64,000 bases of DNA from the human T2T-CHM13v2.0 reference genome, Homo sapiens. The translations under genes and the position numbers were made by a program. The number at the start of each line of letters is the position of its first letter. The first letter of the stretch is position 1. Shown here piece by piece: positions 40,830 to 56,095 of this stretch. Below the pieces are notes generated by a model. The model was not told the origin of the DNA and ran no database searches. It saw nothing but the letters and a program-made list of their open reading frames with translations. Location of the stretch: NCBI RefSeq assembly GCF_009914755.1, contig NC_060936.1. One strand, written 5' to 3'.

Positions 40830-41122
40830 AGTAACCCTCAGGGAAAGTGTTGGGCTATGATTGAGTCTGAAGAAAGTTCTCAACCAACCCCACAGGGAGC
40901 TCTCCAACTAGGATGGCCCTTCAGAGCTACCCAGATGGTTCCAGTCATGTGGACCTTTTTACCTCTGGAGTGACCAGACTTTGGATGCAGGCTGTGCTGG
41001 CAAGAGTACATGACCTTTCATGAGGTAGCTCTCTTCATCCAAAGGCAATTCCCAAAGAGGGCTAACAGACGAGGGCTGTCATTTGGCAACACTCCTAGCA
41101 GCTAGAGATAAGTCCTTCAGTC
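40830..41122. mobile_element. ERVL LTR16-like fragment
   Basis: ccaaccccacagggagctct...gcccttcagag...gaggtagctctct...ggcaattccc. Confidence 0.55.
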
Positions 41123-41124
41123 TT

Positions 41125-41280
41125 AACTATTGTGCTATGATTCATCATCAGTCTCTTGCCTACTAGAATGTAAGCTCCACGAGGGCAAATTTTTTCCCTG
41201 ATGCATCTCAGGTGCCTAAAACAGAGTACCTGCACTTGACAAGCACTTCATAGGTGTCTGTTAAATTAAGGAATTAATGG
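41125..41280 (+). mobile_element. L2 3' end
   Basis: actagaatgtaagctccacgagggca...gtgcctaaaacag. Confidence 0.7.
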
Positions 41281-41494
41281 CAATATATTATTCTATTATA
41301 GAACATACATCTAAACCAAAAGTTTCTAAAGGATGAGGTCACGATGGAATAGAATACGTTTTAATAATTTGTATTCATTATTGGCACAAAACTTTTCAAA
41401 ATATGATTCTTTTTAAAGTCCTGCGTTAAAATTGTGATTAGTGATTTAAAAGTCTGTTTATAAGTTTAGTTTAATAGGCAATGTTAATGGCCAT

Positions 41495-41897
41495 TGTAAT
41501 GGGCTAAATTTTCTGCCCCCATCCCCCGCCCACAAATTTGCATGTTAACATTTTAATCCTCAGTAACTCAGAATGAAAACATATTTGGAAATAAGGTTTT
41601 AAGGAGTTAATTACGTTAAAATAAGGTCTTTAGAATGGGCCCTAATCCGATATGACTGGTTTCCTTATAAAGAGGAAATTTGGACACAGACATGCATGCA
41701 CACAGAGGAAAGACCACATGAAGACAGAGGGTGACAGTGGCCATCTACAATCCAGGAAGAGAAGCCACAGAAGAAAAAATCATGCTGACAACATGATCTC
41801 AGACTTCCAGCCTCCAGAACTGTAAGGAAATAAATTTCTTTTGTTTAAACCACCCAGTCTGTGGCACCTTGTTATAGCAGCCCCAGCAAACACACAG
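41495..41897 (+). mobile_element. MLT1B-like solo LTR
   Basis: tgtaatgggctaaatt...gggccctaatccgatatgactgg...gacttccagcctccagaactgtaag. Confidence 0.9.
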
Positions 41898-43364
41898 AGC
41901 TATCATAGCTGAAAGAGGTAAGTACCAAAGCCACAGAATACTCAATATAAATAGAAACTTGGAGTGAGGACCCTCATTAACAATTGTGTGAATCCACATG
42001 CTCAATAATATTCTTGATCAATGAAAAAAAAGTTATGTTAATTCTTAATAGATCTGGCTCGCTCATTGCTTTTCTCTTGTCACATGGCAAAGTAAGCAAA
42101 AAGCCACCTCTACGATGGAATTGTACATTTGTTCTTACATTATTAGGTTTTTTAAATCTGCAGTTTCTCTGCAAGAGCCATTTTCTAGCTACTTGTCTAT
42201 GTGGTGAGCATACATTTCGTTAAAACGAGATAGTGTAATCTGTAAAGCCACTTACTAAGCCCTACTTTGAAACTCTGAAAGCCAATAAAAAGGTGGAACT
42301 AATGGTCCCCTCCCTACCTCCACCTTGTGGAACTCCATTTCCCTCTCAGGCAAACTCCCACACTGTTCAAGATACAAGACAGTCTAAAATACAGACCTAC
42401 AAAGAGTGCTGGGGTATGTCAGCACTAGGCCGTTCCATACGTGCTAGGAAGCTTAATCTCTTTCTTACATTTTCAGACAAAAATAAATAATATAATAGTT
42501 CTGGTATTTTCTCTCTAGACCCCAGATGATTGTCTGTAGCCAATCTCTGAGATGCATGAACCCCAATCTTGGAAACCAGTCTACTTGAATAAATAAGGAA
42601 AACAGCTGTTTCTTGAATTATTTCATAGACAAAAGCCATCTCTACCCTTGTTCTATTATGTGTAGAATTATCGAGGCCCTAAGTGATTTGCCACTCTTTG
42701 AAATGCCTCTTAAACAGTAAATGCCAGCCCTCACACTCCTTATTCAACGGCATTCACTGTCCTGCGGGTTGTACCACCTGATTGCCCAGAAGCATGCCCC
42801 TCTCTAGCAAGGACAAAATTGTGAAATCACTCAGCATTTCCGAAAGGAAATCTAGGGTCGAGTTTTATTCTTTGGTATTTGCATCTCTGAGTTAAACCCA
42901 GAGGATGCACAATTTAGAAGCGATATAATTGAATTTCCTTTCACCAGCCTGCCGGGGCTTGTTGTCTGTCACTCATCAAAGCCAATGTCTTTGTAAAAGG
43001 TTTTGAGAATCACATCTTAATGTCACTGAGCAGATAACATATTAACTGTTAATTGACACAGGAAAATGCCCCGGGGTTGTGTTCCTGTCTTTGTTGGGGG
43101 ATGATAAGTGAGTTATTATTCATCAGTGCCATTTTTCTTATAGTTTTTAGTGAGGTTATAGTCTGAACTCCCCTTGCCCCCAAGCGTTGGTTTGGGTCAT
43201 AGTGTCTCTGTTTGTACTAAGATTCGTTTGTTATTAAGTTATAATAGTATCTTTCAGAGTTTAAATGATTTTTAAACTGATTTTCCCTTGGGTAATGGTG
43301 CTTTGTTTTGTTTTAATCATACCAACAAAATTTCCTGGGAGGATATTATTTTTTTTCTCAGAAT

Positions 43365-43991
43365 GTTTTTTAAATTTTAGATTCAGGAGGTACATTTGTA
43401 GGTTTATTACATAGATACGTTGTGTAATGCTGGGTATAGGCTTTTATTTAACCAATCACCCAAATAGTAAACGTAGTACCCAATAAGTAGTTTTCCAACC
43501 CTTTCCCCCTCCACTGTTTTTCGAGTCCCCAGTGTCTGTTTTCATTTTTATGCTCATGTGTACTGATTGTTTAGCTCCCTCTTACAAGTTAGAACGTGCG
43601 GTATTTGATTTTCTGTTCCTGCATTAATTCACTTAAAATAATGGCCTTCAGCTGCAACCATGATGCTGCAAAGGACATGATTTTATTCTTTTTTATTGCT
43701 GCATAGTACTCCATGGTGTATATATAGCACATTTTTAAAAATTCAGTTCACCAGTAATGGGAACCACAACAAAACAAAGATGTCCACTCTTATTCAACAT
43801 AGTACTGGAAGTCCTAGCCAGAGCAATCTGGCAAGAGAAAGAGATGAAAGACATCCAAATAGGAAAAGAGAAAGTCAATTTATCCCTATTCTCTGGCAAT
43901 ATGATTCTATATCTAAAAAACCCTAAAGATTCCTCCAAAAGACTCCTAGTTGTCACAAACAATTTCAGCAAAGTTCCAGGATACAAAATCA
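43365..43991 (-). mobile_element. L1PB-type insertion with 5' inversion (3' end on minus strand ~43365-43760; ORF2 RT segment on plus strand ~43761-43991)
   Basis: Plus-strand [42 protein letters not shown]...GYKI abuts a minus-strand L1 3' end; TSD ttttttct(c/t)agaat at 43351-43364 and 43993-44006. Confidence 0.85.
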
Positions 43992-44599
43992 CTTTTTTCT
44001 TAGAATTAAAAAAGAATTAAGATAAAAAGTGTTTAGGTACTTAGGTCTAAATATTTGTATTTCTTCAAATTGTCTTCCATTCATTAAGGTCCTCATATTC
44101 ATATATAATGTTAAGTAAAATGCACATACACCATTTTGTTTTTAGTTTTTTTCAACTCAATATCATTTTATGTAAGCATCAGTCAACTAAGAACTTGGGT
44201 GACTTTTAGTTTCCTATTTTTAAAATGGAAAGAATAACATCTACCACTTATGATTATTTTGTGGATTAAATTATGTTAACATTGATGAAATCACCCAACA
44301 AAATAAACTCAGTGAAATCTGAGTTTAATGTCAGTGTACTGATAGAGCCCACAACATTGTAATTTTTAAAAAGTAATTCCCACATTTTGAGACGGTTTAT
44401 TTAGCTAGTTCATCATCAGTGTCTAAAAGGGAAATTGCTAAACACAATTAGTGCATTCATAAATTGTATTCCACATGCTTCTGAAAAGGATAAGTAACTA
44501 AAATTTGTCACTTCTCTTATTAATTTGTTGATTAAAAACACAAAAACATATTTATACAGTGCTTTGCCATTTGAAAATTTCTTCCATTCACCTATATGA

Positions 44600-44750
44600 A
44601 TCTGTTATAAACTTCATAAGGTTGATAGATATTATTATCCACCCTTTATAGATGAGAAAATAATTGAGCTTCAGAAAAGTAAATAACTTGCTCACAGTTT
44701 GTGTTACATTTAAGTCTTCGCATTCCAAATGCAGCATTCTTTTCACCATA
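44600..44750 (-). mobile_element. MIR SINE
   Basis: attattatccaccctttatagatgagaaaa..tgagcttcagaaaagtaaataacttgctc. Confidence 0.75.
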
Positions 44751-45724
44751 GCATACAACCTGGACACATTGCTCACAAGAAATAATTGAATTTTGGGGTT
44801 CTGTTTATTTTTGTGAGTTTAATAGGTTTTCAAAGACGCTATAACTTTTTTAATGTGTATTTTGTTATTTGCAAACAAAGCTGTATGATTTACCATATGT
44901 GAGCCTACTGAATTTTCTGTTATGTAAACTGTCTATTCACATCCTTTGAATAGACAGGAAGTAGAATCTTTCACCACATCCTCTTTAGCCTGCTTCTTTG
45001 CCCTTACAACAAACAAAATTCATTCCATCGTGCTCAGCTGACTGACAATAACACTTCAATGAAATAAGCTTGTTGGAAAAGGCCTTTTTCATAAAGGTAA
45101 GACATGCAACAAAAGTTATGAGAACCAATTCAACTAGAAACCTTTAGTGTACCCTGAATCCCACAGATAAATGACCCTCAGCGTTCAGCTCTTTGGAAAG
45201 CAGGATGTTTCTGTCTGTACATACGCAAAGTCCACCAACTTTAGTCCTATTTCTGACCATTTCAGCACTGTTCTGGATACCAAAACAGGGTTCCCATGTG
45301 TCTTTCAGAGAGGGAATTTCCTAGAACAGCAGCTGGCCTCCACTACCCCAGACTGCCCACACTCCCAGGGTTTGTCTAGAGCCCATCTGGCCTTTGAGTT
45401 GGGGGGGTCAGAGGGGGTTGGGCAGGGGTATAGTTCCCCAGGGCATTCATTCCATACAGTCTGTCTCAGCGAGGGACTTTTTATTGTTTGCTCCCAACCT
45501 GCAAGCCCTGCCAACTTCAGCATTAAAGCAGTTAGGCACAGTGATGTTTCCCAAAGGGAAAAGAAGGAAAAACTTTATCAAGAAAATTGCTCTCTTTTTA
45601 AACTCCTGACCTTATTAAACATTGGAGAGAACAAAAACTGCTGACAGTCTTAAATATGTTGAGTACAATAAGCCAAAATTAGTTCTCAGAGCTAAATCTT
45701 GGCTGTCTAACTTAAATGATTTAG

Positions 45725-46053
<329 letters not shown>

Positions 46054-47753
46054 CTAAATTATTTCTTAATTGATATTGGTTTACTGCCTTTTACCATGAG
46101 CTGATATGCATAATCTTATCTGGCTCTCATAAGAAATTGTCTGGGAAAATATGATTCCTCGCTATTTTTTTTTCCCATGGGGAGTTTTCTAGTTAAAAAA
46201 CAGAAAACCTGTTAGATAAATTTTAAAAGAGCTGTAACACTTCTCCATTCTTTTAAATGAAAACAACAGAGGTTCAGAAAAAAAGTTAAGATGGTTTTCC
46301 TATGGTCACAAACTAGTGGCAGATCAAAGACTGGAAACCAGTCATATTGCTCTTATGTTGGTATTCTACTTCATCTTCTACCTACCAAAGGGAAAAATGT
46401 TAAATATATGTGTGAATATGTATCTTGCATCTATAAAACCTCCATCATAGTAGTAGATTATTCTGTATGAGTAGTTTTTTGTCACCTTAACACTTTATTA
46501 GCTTTTGCTATTCTCATTTGAATCTCTTTTTTAAATGTTTTGTTTCTCCAGGCCTATTAACACCATTTCAGAATGCTAATATCACCCAATGAAAAACACT
46601 CATGTTATTTAATTAAACAGCTAATTTGATTATAAATCTAACAGCATAGTCGTGATTGATGAATATTATGGTTACATGAGGGTTTTACGTGGTTAATGCG
46701 CACTAAGCAAAACATACCCATCATTGCTAATTGAACTAAGCATTAATTATAAAAAATAAAATTTCAGGAATCATTTTTCCATTTAATTGTCATAGTTCTA
46801 TTTTTAAACTTTTCCCTGTTTTACTTTAAGTGCAATTTTTTCAGTTGTCCTTTGTTGCTTTTTCCATCTCTATATGAAAATCTAAAGAAAATACAAAGGT
46901 AAGTATTTTCACCTTAGAAATTACAACAATTTTGTTCCATCCTCTAGCATTCACATTTTGCTCTTTCCTGTTTAAGTTGGATGACTTCTCACTTAGAGGA
47001 ACTGAATGTATTCCACTGAGTTCTTTAGCTCACATTCTCCACCATGTGTGGTGAATTAAGTCCCAGCAGTATGGAGGAGTTTTCATTTAAACTACTGCAC
47101 TTCCTGGGAAACAGTGGGGCTTACCTCTAGTTTCTAAACACTGTTAGAACTTGATGAGTACCATTTCTTCTCAATACTCTCAGCATAGAACGCATTCATG
47201 TTAGATACAACCCCATCTCTTTCTAATTTGGCAACGAATCACTCTCTTAAGAAACCGCACTGTTTTTATTAAAGATCTCAGTGATTTCTACCCATCATAG
47301 GATTGTCTTTATTTTCTGTAAATGCTTTCATGCAAATATGCACCCAGATTTTAAAGTGGGTGCATCATTCAGAAAAGCCTATATAAAATTACCTTTAGCA
47401 AAGTAAAATGGGAACACAAAACAGATGACTGGAAGACAATCATGAAAAAAATGATAAGATGGTGAAAAAATATTTTACACATATTTTAATGGAGATTTTG
47501 TTCTTGTTGGTAGTATAAAAAAAGTCAAAATCAATCTTCAAAATATAATAAGTAATACAATACTTTGTGGTTCTTTTTGAGAAATGTTCCTTAAATCTGA
47601 TTATTGAAAAAGTATTTTTTCTTTAGGTTTTTAGACATCTATTAAAATGTGCCTGAGATAAACTAATGGTTGTTAGGTTACACATAAAGGAAGAACGTAT
47701 GTAATTTATATTAGAGAAGGATACAAAATTTTTTACAATAAAAACTTCATTAA

Positions 47754-48054
47754 GGCCTGGCATGGTTGTTCATGCCTGCAATCCTAGCACTTTGGGAGGC
47801 CGAGGCAGGCAGATCACTTGAAGGCAGGAGTTCAAGACCAGCCTGGCCAACCTGGTGAAACCCCACCCTACTAAAAATACAAAATTAGCTGGGCATGGTG
47901 GCGCATGCCTATAGTCCCAGCTACTAGGGAGGCTGAGGTAGGAGAATCATTTGAACCCAGGAGGCAGAGGGGTTGCAGTGAGCTGAGATCACTCCATTGC
48001 ACTCCAGCCTGGGCAACAAAGCGAGACTCCATCTCGAAAAAAAAAAAAAAAAAA
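47754..48054 (+). mobile_element. AluS
   Basis: Full Alu; perfect TSD aaaaacttcattaa. Confidence 0.96.
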
Positions 48055-49051
48055 CTTCATTAATATGGATTTTCCTCTTTGACTATATGTAGCTATTCAT
48101 CCGTGAGATATTAGCAGTTAACAATTTGCCAATAATTTTAAGTCATGCTACAGGGGATATGTATCCCTACTTAAAAATTCAAACCATGTTCAAAGCTTTG
48201 GATTTTTTAAATATTTATATTTATCTATATGTCATTGTATTTGTTACTTTTTTGCTTTTTATTTTTATACAGAAGAGTATTGCTCATCACAATTGAGCTT
48301 CTGTGAATTACAGCTGCTGCAACATAACCACCACATTTTGTTAACACTTTATCTTATATGTGTATGTTTTCAAGCAAAATTACTTTTCTGTTAAAATCAT
48401 AAAATTTCAATAAATCTTCACCTTAAAGAGTTTCAGTTATAAAAGGTCTATTGTACTTGGTTTAAAATAGCAAGATATCAAAGAAGAATAAAGCCAAAAT
48501 AGGAGAAAAGATTTCCTTGTTACATAATTCCAAAAAAAGCCAAGTATCTCAGCTCAATTATAATTGCATGCATTCCTAACACTTAGGTTAAAAATCATTT
48601 TAATAAAAAGGTCAAATTTGGACTGATTTTCCCAAGCAGTGACAGACCAATGATGGCTTTTACTCCATCATACATGACTGATACACACACACAGAAAAAA
48701 ATGCATTCAATACAGCTGATCTGAAAAAGGTCTTTCCAGAATAAATGTTTGCAAGAAGCTAAAAGAATTGGGCTTCTTGAAAGGCCCTATTGCTCGCTAT
48801 GGTCCAGCAACACTGGCCTTCCATTTATTCCTCAGACAGACCAACAGTCCCCCACACAGTCATGCACAAAATCTATTTTCTCTTTCTACCATGCTCTTGT
48901 CACCTCTTTCACTCAACCGGGGCCTTCTCTTTCTTCAAACTTACACATCATCTTGTCCAGAGGGCTTTCCACACCAACTAGTTAAAGCAGGTCCCCTGTT
49001 AGTCTCTCTCAAAACACTTTTTTTAGTAGTATTTGCCATAATGCATATATT

Positions 49052-49232
49052 CAGTATCACATAGAATTGAAGATGCCAGCAATTGTTAAACAAGCCACTA
49101 TATGACACACCAAAAGAAAAAAGGGGGTGTCAATAAAGCTATAACACTCTTTCAATTTTAGGATGTATACTGATGTCAGAGACATTAAAATATAGGGGGA
49201 AAATATGTGCCTTAGAATCAATGGAACACTGT
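49052..49232. mobile_element. MER104-like (TcMar-Tc2) MITE inside an L2 remnant (~48800-49370)
   Basis: Termini cagtatcacatagaattgaagatgcca... and ...atgtgccttagaatcaatggaacactg. Confidence 0.6.
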
Positions 49233-51719
49233 ATAAGGATCTGTGTCCCCCCTTTGATCAAAAATGTCACACATGAGAACAGAGACTGTATCTATACTAT
49301 TTCTTCTGCAGGCTTAACCACCACCAACACATTGTCTAGCATATAGCACATATTTATTGAATAAATAAATAAGTAGATGGAGAGATGGCCACGATGATAT
49401 GATGATATTTTGTGGTGAAATAACATGTTGTATGAGAAGGTCTGATTCTCATTCACGCATTCATATTTATCACACTCAGAAAAGTAACCTTAATTTATTA
49501 TAGTAAAAGACAGGAAATTAAAATTTCTGCAACCACACTTTACAACATGCAATTTTCGCTGGTTGCATAGTTCAACTCACTTGTAAACTTATAGAATCTG
49601 ATCACCCCAATTAATTTTTATAATCACATCCTGCTTCATCTGTACAAAGGAAAGATTAAACTAGAGGATCTCTACTGTCCTTTTTAGCTATCAAACTCTG
49701 GTTGGGTAGTCCAGAAGTTCATGTCTTCTAGAGTGTAGGTATACTGCCTATTCCATGTGTCTACATTAACTTTAAAAAAGGAAGAGGAAGAAATTGTTTA
49801 GCCAGCCAATATTTAAACCTACACTGGCCTGTAGATCTATTTTTCATAGATTAGATACATTTTCTTAATTACTTGGATATGCTTTATCTGGGAAGCACAT
49901 ACATGATACTACTCTAGCCCCATCAGAATTCTCCTTGGAAGTCAAAAAAAGTAGAAATTTCTACTTAGCTTATAACATTATTGTTTTTGCTAAATAAAAA
50001 TGTCCTTGGTGAAAATCCAGCTCCCACTGAAACTATCATTACTGTTTTTTAGCCTTCACTACCATGTAGGTATAAAAATATATATTAATAGAAAATTGGT
50101 AAGTCATAGTAACAGTAGAAACTGTGTGTTCTGGCATTCTCTGAAATGATATATTAATTGTTTCATGGCAGTATGCCTCTCTTTTCCCCTTATTTTCAGT
50201 CTATAAACCTTGACTCCAGCTCCTCTGGGACAGTAGAATAGGAAATGTCTTGCTAACATAATGAGGACAGCACCAAGGAAGTTGCTGGAAAAGATTCGAG
50301 GTTACTGGACTGGTTCAACTTATGCTAATGTAGGCATAGAATTATTTTAAAGTTTTTCAGTATTCTTAGCTTAAAGGAAAGATGACAAGAACAGCAATTT
50401 GTGTGTTATTGCTCTGTTGCTTTTTTGCTAAGTGTGAGACACGGCTCTGCCCTGATAATCAAAGCAAATAATGTTATAAAATCATTTATAGATTTATAGC
50501 TCAATCCAGAAGGTTGATGCTAACTGAGAAGTCTCCAGAATTGGATCAAATTTTCAATTCAAATGAATAGAGCAACCACACGTCCCATGCCTCATAAATC
50601 TCCAAATTTAACTCGAAGCCTGTTCCCTTCTTCCAGATGGCTAGTGGAGAGGGGAGGTGGGGAGGCAGAATTAGCAAGCAAACCCAAAGAGACACAGTTC
50701 CTCTATGTTCAGTGGTGTCTGTCTCCCAAGCGGCTTTTACTGAAGCTAGTATTACTACACAGAAATTACCCAGGTAGGCAAAAAGATTTAAATATGTGGA
50801 GGGTTTTAACCTCTTGGGAATTTCCTTTCATACAGCCATTAAACTAGAAGATTTTTCTTTCTTCAAAACTAAGCGATTAGGTGGACAAATCAACAACAGT
50901 CATTTGCCCAGAAAATATCTACCATCACCTCTTCACCATTACAGCATTATCTTCTCAGGGGCGACTATGTCACCTCATATCAGAGACTTCGCTCAAGTCA
51001 TTGGGATATTTTATAGATGGTGAATCACTCTGTCACCCCCATGCAACTCCCCAGGGAGAAGATGTGTGAGGTTTAAAAAGAAAAAACAAAGGAAAGAACA
51101 GGAAGGAATATGACTTCACTTTCCTTTTTTCTCTTTAAATCTCCAGTTTTTTAATATCAAAAATATTGTGTGAAGATGTTGTGTATATGCCTTTGACAGA
51201 AGTAGCAGACAATGAAGATACACAAGAGCACAGACTACAAAATACTTAATGCTAACTTACTACTTGTTTTATAGACTCTTCCAATAACATTTAGGTCTTA
51301 CTTGGAGAAGCCCTATTAATTTTCTTCTATATTTTCTTACTGTTTTTATTTTACTTACCTTTGCCCCTTCATCCCATCTTTATACCTCAAGAAATCAAAG
51401 TTTCAAATCAGGTGGAAGAAATTTTCTTTCAAAGGGATTGAATTTTACTTTGCTTCTTCACGAGTGATAAAAATGCAGAACTCTCTCCTTAACTCAATCT
51501 TTTCCTTCTTTCCTATGCTTCATTTTTTATCTTCTTCTCTTCCTAAACTTTTTAATATTTATTTTCCATCTTTTCTATCTCCACACTCTCTGTAATGGCT
51601 GTAGATTGAATTTGATTGCCTCCTTCATCTGCCTTTATGAATATGTTAGATGATAACAAGGTATGTGCTGAATCTGAGCAAAGGGTAAGAAGTAACATCA
51701 AACGTTTACAAGCATATAG

Positions 51720-52670
<951 letters not shown>

Positions 52671-52671
52671 T

Positions 52672-52743
52672 GTGTTTGTCAGGATTCTCCAGAGAAAGAG
52701 AACCAATAAGGTATATACATATATATTATCATTCACATAGGAT

Positions 52744-52793
<50 letters not shown>

Positions 52794-53209
52794 ATTAAGA
52801 TTTACTATGGGAATTTGCTCCTACGATTATGGAGGTCAAAAGTCCCCAAACTGCCATTTGCAAGCTGGAGAATCAGGAAAGCCAATAGGCGATGGGTGGG
52901 GAATGGTATAAGTCCCAGAGCCCAAAGGCCTGAAAACCAGGATCTCCAATGTCCAAGGACAGAAGATGGATGTTTGAGCTCCAAATGAGAGTAAATTCAC
53001 CCTTTCTTCACTATTTTGTTGCTTTCAGGCTCTCAACAGATTTTATGATGCTCACCTGCATTGGCAAAGGCCATCTGCTTTATTCAGTCCACTCATTCAA
53101 ATATTCATCTCTTCCAGAAACACCCCCACATACACACTCAGAAACAATGTTTTACAAGTGATCCAGGTATTGCTTAACCCAGTGAAGTTGACATAAATTA
53201 ATCATCACA
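52672..53209 (-). mobile_element. MLT2 (ERVL) LTR containing a (CA)n microsatellite at ~52750-52791
   Basis: caggattctccagagaaa.agaaccaata...tgcaagctggaga..caggaaagcc...aagttgacataaattaatcatcaca. Confidence 0.88.
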
Positions 53210-53637
53210 GTATGTAAATTATACCCTGAATTTTTAAAGCCATATTAACACTTTAGTGAACTTTGCTTTTCTCCTGAATTACTCCTAGATTCTCTCTAAA
53301 TTGTACAGCTGAGAATTTGACCTATTATCAAAATGATCTGACTAGCACCAAATCTGACTAATTCAAGTCATCACATAATATCAGTAGACTTCCCAATTCA
53401 GACTTCAAACAGTGTTTGGTGCTAAAAAGTAAAGATTATATACAATAATGAGCTAATAATTTTTAAATGGAGATAAGAAAAAGAAAGCAGCCATCAAAGC
53501 TCTACTAAATTTAATAAGTATTGGAGGGACAACAGTAATAACTGTAAATTGAATTTGATTGCCTTCTCCCTCAAAGTGATTGGCTCAAACTTCCTGAATT
53601 ATGTTCCCCTACAAAAGGTTTAAAAGATAGTGGTTGA

Positions 53638-53756
53638 CCAGGAGGCAGAGCTTGCAGTGAGCCAAGATCGTGCCACTGCACTCCAGCCTGGGTGACAGAG
53701 CAAGACTCCATCTCAAAAAAAAAAAAAAAAAAAGAAAAAGAAACAGAAAAGAAAAG
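53638..53756 (+). mobile_element. Severely 5'-truncated AluY-like insertion
   Basis: ggaggcagagcttgcagtgagcc...long A tail; 16-bp TSD aaaagata(g/a)tggttga. Confidence 0.9.
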
Positions 53757-54234
53757 AAAAGATAATGGTTGATAGAAAACAGTTAGGATGGTGATATGAT
53801 GATTGCTAACATTTATTAACTGCAGAGTTCTGCATTTAACCACCATGAATCAGCCTCTGCAGTACATCAGCATTATACTGCTGTTTTATCCATACAGAGT
53901 TCTGCAAGAATGGTAATATATCCCTGTGTCATGTTTGGCCTTTTTCAATAAAACTGCAGTTGACTTAGGCTCAACTTAGTGTCTACTCCAACACCAGATT
54001 CTTTTCTGGCAGAAAGTTACTTTTCCACAAGAAATGACATAAAAAGGTAGTCATCGGAGTGGAATATAATATTGTATATGAGTAAAATAAATGTGTAACA
54101 TATTTTTATGACTGTTGAATGTACTTTAGTATTATTCAGATAGAGATTTTAGTCTGAGATTGGATTGAGATGACACAAACCACTTTGACTATGAGAACAC
54201 AACGGGCCTGCAAGCAAACAACATACTACATACT

Positions 54235-54535
<301 letters not shown>

Positions 54536-54561
54536 AATATACTTCTGATTAATTAATATTA

Positions 54562-54975
<414 letters not shown>

Positions 54976-55544
54976 CTATTACTGTTATCCACCCTAAAAT
55001 TTAGGGTATAAACCAACTAATGTTATAATAATATTAACCTAAGAAAAATATTTTAAAGGAAAATTTGCTATAAAATATATTACGTATTAATACAATATAG
55101 GTTATACATATTGTACCCAAAGCAAAATGAAATTGATTTTTAAAAATTATTATGAGCTGACTATATCCATACCACTCCTATAAGACACTAACACAGATAA
55201 TCAAAACATGTCAAAATTGCTTTGGAGGTAAGAGATTTTTCATTTCCCAATATCTTCTGGTCCTTAGGTTATTACTTATTATTCTAAACTGCAAAAACAG
55301 AAACCATCTTATTCATATGTTTTCACTTTCCTTTGGCAGATACATTTTATTCTTAGAGCCAGATATGTGACCCATACATGATATTCATTCTGCAAATTAA
55401 TCAGCCCTCTTTGGGCTCAATTCTGCATTCTTTATTTTCCCATTTCCTAATTTTCAGTGCCTATTTTAAATGGCTTGATACATTACTGGCTTCCGTGTAA
55501 ATTATTTTACTTTTTTTTTTTTTTTTTTTTGGAAAAAGGCAGTT

Positions 55545-56095
55545 GTGCCAGTTGAGATTCTCTGAGAAGCAGTCCTCAAGATGTGATTATGGACATGCTG
55601 AGGGATATAACAGACACTGGGGACTCCAAAAGGGGGGTGAGGGCTTAAAAATTACTCATTGGGTACAATGTTCACTATTTGGATGATGGGTACACTGGAT
55701 GCACAAATGCTACCACCACACAACATATCCGTGTAACGAAGGAAAAAAAAACAGGTGATTAGATATGCAAGATATCTGCTGGGGGAAATGCTGAAGAAGG
55801 AGAAAGAAGAGGGATCAGGAGTAGCCAGGGAGAGGCCCAAGTGTAAGATGTATGTGTGACTGCTGTGGAAAGAAGGGGACAAAAAAGAGAATTGGAGAGG
55901 AAGTGTCTCAGTCTGCAGGGCAGTGCTATGAAACTTTCAGCCAGATGGACAAGGAGTTGCTGGGCCAAAATTTGTTGTAAAGCCTCAGATCCCACCAATA
56001 TGCAGCTATTGGCTGGGGACAGCCATCAAAAGTCTGAATTCTAAGGAAGGGTGGCTGAGACTCTCGGTCAGCTCTGCTCCCCACAGCAGTTCGCT
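55545..56095. mobile_element. ERVL LTR16-like element interrupted by a short plus-strand L1PB 3' fragment (~55589-55751)
   Basis: gattctctgagaagcag...gatatgcaagata; L1 piece ttgggtacaatgttcactatttgg.tgatgggtacact; TSD gtgatta. Confidence 0.65.

Noticed and set aside
45171-45644. 157-aa ORF in unique sequence
   Set aside because: No recognisable homology or exon context; locally higher GC lowers stop frequency.
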